From Lama glama (Eukaryota): a stretch of DNA of 64,000 nucleotides. Both the position numbers and the translations under genes were made by a program. The DNA lies in contig CM052816.1 in assembly GCA_028534125.1 (NCBI GenBank), positions 71,922,001 through 71,986,000 on the forward strand, in the 5' to 3' direction. The notes below the pieces were generated by a model. That model saw only the letters and a program-made list of their open reading frames with translations. It made no database searches and was not told the DNA's origin. This document shows, in pieces, positions 53,171-64,000 of the stretch. Positions within the stretch are counted from its first letter, which is position 1; each line of letters starts with the position of its first letter.

Positions 53171-56100
53171 TAGAAAACTTCAAGGGAAAACATTTATATT
53201 AAGATCACCACCGTAACCATTAATACCTGTGTGTTTCTTCTAAGTTATTTAATATCAAACCTTTTTTTAATGACACTTTTGTTCCTAATCATTAATTTGA
53301 AGAAAAGAAAGATTCACTATTTTTATATGCATCAGTTGAGCCCAGAAGTGCAATTTTTAGATGGAGATTGTTAAAGTTTTTTGGTTTCTATGGAGATTAT
53401 CTCCTGAATAGTTTACTTACTGCCCCTGAGCTGTCAGCGCGTACTGTTTAATTTATAAAGCTGATCTAAACCTCTGTGGGGGAAAAAGCCACCAATATTT
53501 CTCCAAACTTACTTGGATTTATTTTCAGTGTCAGACAAGACATAACATTTATTATGATTCACCTTAGCATGATGACATTTCATTTTTCTTGTTGAAGAAG
53601 ATGTTCCAGAAAAAAGAAAAAAAGTTCAAAATCTCCTTAGTCTTCTGGATGTCTCGTAATAAATGAGGGGCTCTGCTTTTCCTCAGGGCTTCGAGAGCAA
53701 GAAGTGTTTATATTTCAAGACTGAGCCCCCACCGAATATTTACAAAATTTGTTGCAAGGTGTCGAACTATAAATCTAAAGTTTGAAATCTACATCCAATA
53801 TAGGAGAAAAGCCCATTTAAAAAAAAAGTATAAAACAAAAAGTCAGAAGTAAAAATGTAAATATTTTAAAGGCTTATTTAAAATCTTTAAGTGTCTTTCT
53901 CATAAATAACACATAAAACTTATTTTATCAAATGTTCTTCAGTCTTGTCATTCTGAACACAAGACACTGAGTAAACTTGGAAGGGCGAGGGACATGAAGT
54001 TTAGATTACTGGAAGGTTAGAGATATTAGAGGATTTAACACATGCATAACGTGTATGAAATTAATTTGTATGAACAAAGTTTTACAGTTTTGAAAATGAA
54101 TCAAATCTTATATTTTGAGTTTTTATAGATGAACTCCTATTTGAAATAAAGAGCAGTGTGAAAAATTGTGTTCTTTATCCTAACATCTAAATGAAGGCTG
54201 GAGCCTGAGTTAGTAAGACGTACCCACCGCATATTCAAAAACAATGATTTGGAGTCAAATTTTCTACGTTAAATGTATTCGTATAGTGATGGGGATACTA
54301 ATACATGCATCTTTTATCCTGCTGTCATTTGGAACTCACGTTTCTAATAAAACTATACCCACACAGCACAATTTAAATAACTTAGAATGGTATTTACTAA
54401 GTAATTTGAGTTCTTAAATGTTACGGTTCTCAGGAATATTCCAGGACTTCTCCTTCTTTTGAACCCAAGAAAATTAGCAGCTTTGTAACAAGTGTTTGTT
54501 GACACAATAAACTGAATAGCAGTACAGATTCTTTTAATTGCCAAATAAATAATGAATGGAGAGGAATGAGTTGACATAAATGGAAACCTCATAAAAATTT
54601 CACGTTCTACGTCATGTTTCACATTTACTAAAAAGAAGACAAGACAGAGTCGGGAGAGAGAGGTTGAAAAAAACAAAACAAAGGCAAAGGTGAACCAGTT
54701 CCAGGGAGGATGTTAAAGCACGTTTGAATGGAATCAGTTCAATGGTGTTTTATCCTTTTACTTCTGTTTGTTTCCATAGAACCAAATAGCAGATAAAGGA
54801 GATAGTTCATCCCTACCACTGTCATCCTAAAGTGATCTGATAAGATGTCCCACCAAAAACTCAACCTACATTAAAATGGTAAATTCCATGACTTCACACA
54901 GGCATGGCCTTTGTGTCTTAGAACATTCTCCCAGAAGTCATCGAAAGTATGTTAATAAATTACCATGCTATTTTAGGAACAATTTATACATAATTCATTT
55001 CCTAAACAATAGAGCATGAAAAATTACACTTATGCTTTCCCTTCCTTTAGAAGCAGTAAGTGAGGTTCCTACTATAGGCATTCTTACTGGTTCTCTAATT
55101 AAATATATTTATCTCAGCAATACATTTATCACTTTCTCTACACTGTGTGTTCATGAATCAACTCAATCTAACTTGCCCTTCCAGGGTCAAATTATATCAG
55201 AAGCTGAGAGAGAAATTTAAGCAATAGCTAGGTATTTTGAAATGATACAGGAGGAACAGAAGAATTTGATTAGGAGCCAGAAGAACTGAGTTCTTGTTCC
55301 TGTGTGTTTCCAATCAGCCAACTCTGTGTTGTGAGTAATTCACTTTCCTTCTCGGAGAGCCAGCTTCCTCATCTCCGAAACAGCAGTTGCCAATGTCATG
55401 TGCTATTGGGCACTGACTAAACAAAATATCGCTGGTAATGGGGATGAATTGCTGTTTGCAGAGACCAGAAGGCACGCACGTGACGACGATCATGGGTGTT
55501 CTAAAGAACGACCAGAAAGACCAGCCGAAATGTATCTGATTTGCTACTGACGCACTGCTTTTATTATTCAGATCCATATTTCTGGGCAATTATCTAAGAC
55601 TAAAAAACAGGATTTTCTCCACTCTTCAATGGTTATATTTCTGTAATGCTGCAGTGATAGGGACCTGGCTTCTGTTTGCTAAACAGTGAATCACCAGATC
55701 AAAACAACAATGCCCTGGCTCGAGCATACTTCAACCTGTTGACAACTCTAAGCGTATCAAAAGTAGGATTTCTTTACAAAGGAGTCTGTCTTCGTTCTAA
55801 TAACTACTATTCTGAGTGAGTGTTTTTTTCTCCCCCAGGTTATGGTGGCCCTATTCTAAGCAATCCTCTAAGAAATCAAATATTTAAACAAAAAATGAGA
55901 CCTACAGAACTTCACCTGTCAAGTTGGGCTTAGGGTGAAGATTACTATCTCAGTTTGGGAACACTTTAGCTAGCATTCCTTGGAAATTTGTGAACTTATT
56001 CACTGGTTTATATTTTCAGTTTACAAATGCATGACCAATCATAAAAATCACACTGGAAAGCCTAAGCTTGCTTTAAGTAACCCTTAAATAAATAGGTTCA

Positions 56101-57091
56101 AATTTTCCATCTCTGAAGTAGTTGTGGAGAAAACTATACTAAGAGAGTGAGAATTCTTGTCAGTCAAGATGCACCATGAATTTTGGAGCAATAGGGCAGC
56201 AATCTGACTTCCCAGAAAGAGCTGAAATTGTGAAATTTTAATCACAATGTAAATTTTTAAAGTGATTTTTGAATTAGTAGGTACACTTTAATTAGACCAA
56301 CAAAATGCAGAATAAAGAAGTTAAGGACATTCCTAAGTAATATTCCTGAGAAAAAGTTCTCCACATTTTTCTCATTGAAGCCTTATGTAGACTATTATTC
56401 TAATTTGTATTGTTTACTAGAAATAGGTCAACTCAGAGACACTCCTGCAAATTTCAAGACAGTGGGTCCAATTTCTATGATTCAGTTTTACCATATATTA
56501 TTTTCTTTGCAAAACTTCCTGGAAATTGATTAGATTGTCAATATAAAGGATTTGGATTAATTCTGCTAAAAGTTCTGAGAGATAATAAAGAGATCTTCCA
56601 CCTCCTGGCACTTTGGGGCATGGGGTTCTGAGCAAGGATCAAATTCTATCAGCCTAGTCCGTTTGGATGGTTATCTAAGAAACATAGGAGGGAGAGACAA
56701 AACCGAAGAGACACACAGGGCTGACACTAAGCAAAAGCTTAACATAGCTAAGGTTTGTACTTCGCTTCCATTTTTATAAACCCATTTCCAGGATGGCTGT
56801 GTTACACCCTGGGAACTCCAGGCTTCACACAGTCCATGACAAAGTCACCACCTTCCTGACACTGAAATAACCTTGAAATGTTTTCTGCCGTCCTGCCCAT
56901 CCACTAAAACCAACCTACTGGATGCCCCTTTGCTTCAGGGCTTTCCCTGTTAAAGCTCACCTTGTAAACTAAACTAAGAGATTCCTGATAAATAATGTAT
57001 CAATAGTGTGGCTAGACAAGTTGGTGAAGAGAAGGGGAGTAATTTCAGGCACTGAGGCATCCTGGTGAGAAACAAAGCTACAGTCAAAGGC

Positions 57092-57132
<41 letters not shown>
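57092..57132. repeat. (TG)n(TA)n compound microsatellite
   Basis: read directly. Confidence 0.95.
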
Positions 57133-57134
<2 letters not shown>

Positions 57135-57486
57135 GAGACAGACATTTATCCTGAGCTTTGTATTGTCCTTTGAAATGTTCCAGGCAGGCACGTGCTATGG
57201 CAAATGTGATCCACACTATTACCTCTAAACTGCAGGTGGATTGGGTTGTGTTTAAGTGTGCATACTCACCCCAGGGAATGTGCACTCTGTGTGTATGTGT
57301 ATATGTGTGTGTGACGACCAATAGCCAGTATGACTGAAGTTGTTAATCAGTGATTTTATGTCATGTGAATATAACTTCATTGGACCTTCTCCCAACAGTT
57401 CAATCTGCAGAAGCAGAAAAGCATGGCGAAAGAATTCTTTTACTTTTTCTATTCTTAGTACTAGCCAAATGAGGAAATCTAAAAAC

Positions 57487-57842
57487 AATGGTGAAGGGTG
57501 TTTTCCCAAATTCCTATACTGAAATCTGAACACCCAATGTGATGATATTTGGAGATGGGGACCTTTGGGAGGTAATTGGGTCCTGAGGGTGGAGCGCTCA
57601 TGATGGGATTAGTGTCCTTTAAAAAGAAACAGGAGAGCTTGCTTCCCTTTTCTCTGTCATGTGATGATACAGCCAGAAGGCTACTGTCTGTAATCTAGGA
57701 GGAATACCCTCACTGGACACCAGATCTACTGGCGCCTGAATCTTGGATTTCCCAGCTTCTAGAACTATGAGAAATAAATGTTTGTTGTTCAAGCCATCCA
57801 GATTATGGTATTCCATTATAGCAGCTTGAAATGACTAAAACA
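57487..57842 (+). mobile_element. MLT1A-type MaLR solo LTR
   Basis: 'cccaatgtgatgatatttggagatggg..atgatgggattagtgtcctt..agaactatgagaaataaatgtttgttgttcaagcca..atagcagc..gactaaaaca'. Confidence 0.9.
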
Positions 57843-58358
57843 AAGGGATGATTTTTTTCTCTCTTAGTGACTAAGAGAAATCTTCAGTCCTGTCCCAAGT
57901 ATAAAGGGGAGAGCTATTTTATTAAAAAGTTCAATTCAGAAAAGAGTAATGATTTCATGAAAACTTCAAACTGCCAAACCAGATCATGAATCATATGTCA
58001 ATGTTTATGATTGCAAAACTCTACTAAAGATATAGCAGAAAGGAAAACACTCCATTTTCACATGAAATGTGAACAAAAATTAATACGAGATACATTCATT
58101 AGCAAACCACTATGTAACTGTGATTGCAGGAATGATTTCAACATCCAATGTGCAGACAAAAGGCCAAATAATTCTTTAGACGATTCTTTATGCTTTGCTA
58201 CAAAGGACCTAAAATAAATGCCAGTGATGAAAATAATTTGGAAAACATTTGTTAAAAAAAAAAAGTAGAATTTCAAGGAAACACAATGATATAATCCTGC
58301 CCTCCTAGCTGGCAAAGAAAAATAATTTCTTCTATAGAAAATGATACTTGTGATAAAG

Positions 58359-58858
58359 NNNNNNNNNNNNNNNNNNNNNNNNNNNNNNNNNNNNNNNNNN
58401 NNNNNNNNNNNNNNNNNNNNNNNNNNNNNNNNNNNNNNNNNNNNNNNNNNNNNNNNNNNNNNNNNNNNNNNNNNNNNNNNNNNNNNNNNNNNNNNNNNNN
58501 NNNNNNNNNNNNNNNNNNNNNNNNNNNNNNNNNNNNNNNNNNNNNNNNNNNNNNNNNNNNNNNNNNNNNNNNNNNNNNNNNNNNNNNNNNNNNNNNNNNN
58601 NNNNNNNNNNNNNNNNNNNNNNNNNNNNNNNNNNNNNNNNNNNNNNNNNNNNNNNNNNNNNNNNNNNNNNNNNNNNNNNNNNNNNNNNNNNNNNNNNNNN
58701 NNNNNNNNNNNNNNNNNNNNNNNNNNNNNNNNNNNNNNNNNNNNNNNNNNNNNNNNNNNNNNNNNNNNNNNNNNNNNNNNNNNNNNNNNNNNNNNNNNNN
58801 NNNNNNNNNNNNNNNNNNNNNNNNNNNNNNNNNNNNNNNNNNNNNNNNNNNNNNNNNN
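58359..58858. other. assembly gap (500 N)
   Basis: run of exactly 500 n. Confidence 0.99.
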
Positions 58859-59348
58859 TCTGAGAAGCTAAGGACCATCTTCTCTTGATGAGTTTCATTT
58901 ATAAATAACATTTAGACAATTATTGAGAAATAGTCATAACTTAATTCATATGCAAACTGATCCTCTATTATTACTTCCAGAGAATTTCATTTCTCAAGTT
59001 AAAAAAAGAATAATATCAAAGACATATTCAACTTCTGTCTTTAAAACTCCTTTGCACAAAAATTATCCTAACCTCTATGGGTTTACTCCCTTACATTGTG
59101 AATTTATTCTCAACAGAGATTGGAATTTGGCCAGAACCAGGAAGTGTATCTTTAGGATTAAGACATTCAGATGGGCCTTTATGGGATCAATCCCTTGCAT
59201 TTCTAAAACAATTCAAAGAATCATATACTTAGAAAATATTAAAGGCCCCCCCAATTTAGTTTTGCTGGCTCCACCCTCTCCTTCAGCTGAATCTCAAATT
59301 GAAACCCTTTCCTTACCTCTACTTTCCATGTATGAAATCTCATTCCAG

Positions 59349-59490
59349 GGGCTAGAATATAGCTCAAGTTGTAGAGTCCAGGCTTAGCATGCACAAGATC
59401 CTGGGTTCAATCCCCGGTACTTCCTCTACAAATAAATAAACAAACCTAATGAACCCCCTCCAAAAAATTTGTTTAAGTATTAAAAAAAAA
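59349..59490 (+). mobile_element. tRNA-derived SINE, camelid Vic-1 type
   Basis: A-box tagctcaagttg, 'gcttagcatgcacaag', B-box ggttcaatcc, A-rich tail; imperfect TSD aaatctcattccag / aaagctcataccag. Confidence 0.85.
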
Positions 59491-61818
59491 AAAGCTCATA
59501 CCAGAAAAGAATTATTAGAAAAAATATAAGAAAATAAAGAAATACCATCTTTCTGTGTTTACTGGTTTTATTTAAATTAAAGTAAGGCTGTTGTCCATTT
59601 ACAAAATGTATGATATTCACGAATGAGAAAATTGTGTGTGTGTTTAGGGGTGGGGCGGAAAGAAAGATTTTCAAAAGGGTACTGACCTGAGATAACACAA
59701 TTTATCCTGACTTTGTGCTGAACACTGACTTCTTCACAAAAAGATAAACTTTACTTACCTTAACTTTAAATCTATACTATTTTTGAAAATATAATTGCCG
59801 TATTATCTTTTGTTTTTTCATAACTTCCAGAAATCACATGCATTAATATTCTCATGGACAATGTTTTTTTTTTCTTAAATCTCATTCAACACATTTGAAA
59901 TGCTAAGAATATAAGAAGTCTAGATCTAGACTGAACAAAGATTACTGCTGAGGACAGTCAAAGCCGCATCTGCCATGTTCACTGATGTCTGTTTTAAAAA
60001 AAAAAAAAGCCTTTTACGCTCCAGCTTGAACTGTGGTTATCGTGGTCCTAATCATAGTGGTTATAATCAAGCCTTTTTTCCTCTCTCTAGTTTTCTCTTT
60101 CCTTCAGGAAAGCGCCCTCACTTCAAGTCAGGTTCCTTCCACAGTCTCATATTTCAGGTGCCTTGGCGGGAGAGGACGTGTCACGTTGTGCTGGAGCTGA
60201 GAAGAGGCGGTGCTCCCCAGCCAGCGGTTTCCCGCGTGCTAATCCTCGCCCCAGCTGCCTGATCTGGTCCTCGGGATTGTGGCCACTGCGATGGTCAGTC
60301 ACACAGCTGCTCTATTCAGCCTCATCATCTCCCTGTTCTTAGAGATTATTGCATCATGGCCACCAAGACAAAAAGAGCGAGAAAGGGGATCGAAAATCAT
60401 CAAAATCATGTGCCCTGAAAGAAATATCGTGACCGGAATTTTTCATCTAATTGACATGGTGTAAAAGATGATTTCTACCAAATACCTGGCGAGCCAATGC
60501 TTATAATTATCAAGAAATCAGAAGTTGAATGTTGTGGTGGTGGGGGGGGTGGTTTGCCGTTTGCTCTGGTTTTATTCATAATAAATACCAACCTCACCTT
60601 TTTATTGTGAGGCCATTTCTCTAACCCTCAATAAATCTATTATTTATTTGACCCTCATGCTAAGAAAGCAAGGGCTTCAGAAACAATCAGTGTCACTCTA
60701 CTGATAAGACGCCCAACACACTTTTTCACTCTGAGGCTGACATTGATTTAATCATTTTGTGAAAATTATTTATCACCTGCCAATTGATTTCTGCAGTAAT
60801 GGGAACCATCTGACATTTTGCTATGCTTATCAAATTGCAAAGAAATGCAATGAGAATTCACTTATTAGGATCATCTTTATTATATTTATGAAATATTTGT
60901 TAATCACTTTAATGTTGTGACAGTGTCAGGAGTAATTACTGCAAACATCTTACTGAACTGAGCTTATAACAATCCATTTTTATTATATAATATATGAAAC
61001 AGTATTTTCTGCCAAAGAATGGTAAAGTCTTTTGAAATGAGTTTCTATAAAGAATTTGCTTTTTATCTTCTTATCTTGATGAAAAGAAATTTCAGAACTA
61101 GGTAGAAGTATTTGCTAAATCTTTCTCCTTAGTGATAAAATAATACCTATAAAGACGATTTTCAAACAAAATCAAAGTTTCATCTCTATATCTTAACTTC
61201 TCAGTTGTGCGCTTAATCATAAATGCAAATGATGATAAGACTTGAAAATCCCTTTCTTATAAGGAATATTTAAATAAAATGAATCTCAATTAATATTCCC
61301 CTTGAAGTCCAGCTCCATGTTCCAAAGAAGTTGGTACAAGTAGAAAATTTATAGACATACTGCATCTGCAACTCAAATGTTTTCTTTTCTTTTAACAGAT
61401 TTAGAATAAGTGACATTCTTTTAAGTGCATGTCACTTGAGGACTTGAGGGTATGAATGGCACATAATCCCAGCTATGAACTTCTTAGGGATGTAGAGAAG
61501 GCAGAGAACTAACTAGGTCTGACCACATTCCCAATGATGACATTCCTGTGTCTTAGTAGAAAAGAACAAATGAGATCTTCCTAAGGATAAGATTTTAGAA
61601 TTAATAAAATTGAGCAATCAAAAGGCCAGTCAACACCTGTGGGGATGTCAAAGGTCCACACTGGGAGAATATGTATGTAGAATGAGGTAGCTGTGTTTAA
61701 ATTTTATGTTCTTATACAAGGTGGGCCATCCTCGATGCTTCCTAAAGTTGGCTAAATTCACATTTGAAATTTGCTAACCTCTCTTTCCGTGTCTTTTCAC
61801 TACTAATGATAATTCTGC

Positions 61819-62176
61819 TGTGGAATGCCCAATGCTGTTGTGTTCATTTACATCATTTCCTGTGCCTCGGCATACAACAAGACATGTCCCACTTCCCTTT
61901 TGTAGTGAGATGGTGAGGCTGAGTTTTGACCAATGGGATGTGAGTGGAGGTGGTGCACACCATGTCCTTTGGCAGATCATGGATGCCACTTCTGAGAAGG
62001 CGAAACAGTAAGATGGAAGCAGCCTGGATCTTTCTGTCACCACATGGCCAAAAGGTGTCTCGAAGGTCACCTGATCCACACTGGCATCTTGTGAGTGAGA
62101 AGTGATCCTTGTGTAAAACCACTGAGTTTCAGGATGGATATGATACCATAGCAGAGCCTGTCCTAACCTGACATAC
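61819..62176 (+). mobile_element. old MaLR LTR (MLT1I/J-like)
   Basis: 'gagttttgaccaatgggatgtgagtggag..aagatggaagcagcctggatc..gtgagtgagaa..aaaccactgagtttcagg..ccatagcagagcct..cctgacatac'. Confidence 0.75.
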
Positions 62177-62827
62177 TTACTTTCTTCTCTTTTTATTGGC
62201 TAAATTTGACAAGTAACATTGTGCAAATGTAAGGTGTATGTATATCGCAATATGGTTCCCAACTTACCTTCTGTTTTCAACTTCCTTCTCTACAAACTCA
62301 TGTTTTTATTGATAAAGTCTAAGGAGTCACCTCTTCCAAGAGGTATTTGCATTTCAATAAGACATTCAAAAGATGCAAAATACCATGAAGCCTTAAAAAA
62401 GAAAAAAAATTGTTTCTAATAGAAAAAATTTGAGCACTAAGACAGAAACCAAGAGAAACTCATTTATGGAAAGACAGCTTCTGAGAATTTCTCTAGCTGA
62501 ATCATTTACTCCAGTAGTATTGAGGCTGTCTTTTTAAAAGTCATATTCGTTCTCTATGTTTCTATAGTTGCTTTCTCCTAGTCAGTAAAGTGCTATTTTA
62601 GCAGGGAACAATACAAGAAGAAAGAATATCTTTTTTTTGTTTAACCATTTTTGACAGTTGTAATTCTATCAAAAAGGATTATAAAGTGATTTATTCTAAC
62701 AGGTGCATGCAGCAAATAACTTGGCTTCTTAAAATAGTTCATATTGAAATCGTTTAGATAATAGGCGTTGTGTGAGTTCACTATTGTGCTGAGACTCCTT
62801 TTGTGCTTCTATGACACATAAGTTCTT

Positions 62828-63596
62828 TTTTTCCCATTTTTAAAAGTTGAAGTATAGTCAGTTTAAAATGTTGTGCCAATTTTGGGTGTACAGCATAATA
62901 TTTCAGTCATGCAGATACATACATATATTCGTTTTCATATTTTTTTATTATAGGTTACAATAAGATGTTGAATATCAGTTCCCTGTGCATTACAGTGTAA
63001 AATTGTTGTTTGTCTATTTTATATGTAGTAGTTAGTAATCTGCAAATTTCAAACTCCCAGTTTATCTCTTCCCACTCCCTTTTCCCCTGGTAACCATGTT
63101 TGTTTTCTATGCCTGTGAGTCTGTCTGTGTTTTGTAGGATGAGTTCATTTGTGTCTTTTCTTTAAGTTTCCACATATGAGTGATATCATATTGTACTTTT
63201 CGTCCTCTTTCTGGCTTACTTCACTTAGAATGATGATCTCCAGTTCCATCCATGCTGGTGCAGATGGCATTATTTTATTCTTTTTTCAAGTCTGACTAGT
63301 ATTCCATTGTATAAATATACCACAACTTCTTTATTTAGTCCTCTGTTGATGGAAATTTAGGTTGTTTCCATGTCTTGGCTATTGTAAATAGTGCTGCTAT
63401 GAACATTGGGGTGTGTGCACCTTTTTGAATTAGAGTTCCCTCTAGATATATGCCTAGGAATGGGGTTGCTGGAGCATATGATAAGTCTATTTTTAGTTTT
63501 TTGAGGAATCTCCATATTGTTTTCCATAATGGCTGCACCAAACTACATTCCTATCAACAATATATGAGGGTACCCTTTTCTCCACACCCTCTCCAT
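62828..63596 (-). mobile_element. 5'-truncated camelid-type L1 with TSD
   Basis: ORF 63335-63541 [39 protein letters not shown] tgacacataagttctt (62812-62827) / tgacaagtaagttctt (63597-63612). Confidence 0.93.
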
Positions 63597-63759
63597 TGAC
63601 AAGTAAGTTCTTACAAACAAAATTTCAGACAGCAGATCACAGTTTTTGAGTTGTTTTCTCCATAGCTCCATCCACTTCAACTGCATCCACAAATTTCTGT
63701 CAAAACTTTATTTTGCCATTGGGGACTGTAAGAAATATTGACTCTGAAAATGTGGCAAT

Positions 63760-63990
63760 TTGGGAAGAGCATGGGTTTTGGCATCAGATCGTGGCTGAAA
63801 TATCATTCTGTCATTTGCTAGCCATATAAGTTTCATGAAGTCAATTTAAAGAGTTGCAATTTTCTTGTATGTTAAAATAAGGGAGAAAAAATTAGCCCAT
63901 AAGGCTTGTTAGATTTGTGTGTAGATACTACTTGTAAAGCCACTAGCACAGTGCCTGATAGATAATGGAAATTCAATGTACAAGAATCCA
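63760..63990 (+). mobile_element. MIR
   Basis: 'aagagcatgggttttggcatcaga...cttgtaaagccactagcacagtgcctgatagataa'. Confidence 0.7.
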
Positions 63991-64000
63991 TTTGAGGATT

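Noticed and set aside
58273..58911. Three long ORFs (176-212 aa) in the track
   Set aside because: Artefacts of translating the N gap
58923..59387. 154-aa + strand ORF
   Set aside because: Non-ATG start, runs into the SINE, no recognisable domain
59349..59425. tRNA gene
   Set aside because: Pol III boxes are present, but a SINE body, A-tail and TSD follow; this is a tRNA-derived SINE

Overview
AT-rich mammalian genomic DNA, most likely camelid (alpaca/llama/camel). The assignment rests on a Vic-1-type tRNA-derived SINE at ~59.35 kb and four related L1 3' ends. The window looks intronic or intergenic and is dominated by ancient and lineage-specific repeats: L1, L2, MIR, MaLR/ERVL LTRs, an ERVL pol remnant and hAT/Tigger MITEs. 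It also holds microsatellites, a 7SL RNA pseudogene and a 500-N scaffold gap. I could not recognise any known protein-coding gene, and almost all ORFs in the track are repeat-derived or chance. The best leads are: (i) a CpG-rich, protein-like + strand exon candidate at 25712-25918 with phase-compatible neighbours; (ii) a CpG-retaining MIR/MER2-like patch upstream of another exon candidate at ~29 kb; (iii) a ~750 bp block at 44 kb bounded by direct repeats and ending in an A-rich tail, a possible orphan retrotransduction. I see no supportable evidence of a new biological system. Repeat families were recognised by eye from remembered consensus sequences, so subfamily names and boundaries are approximate.
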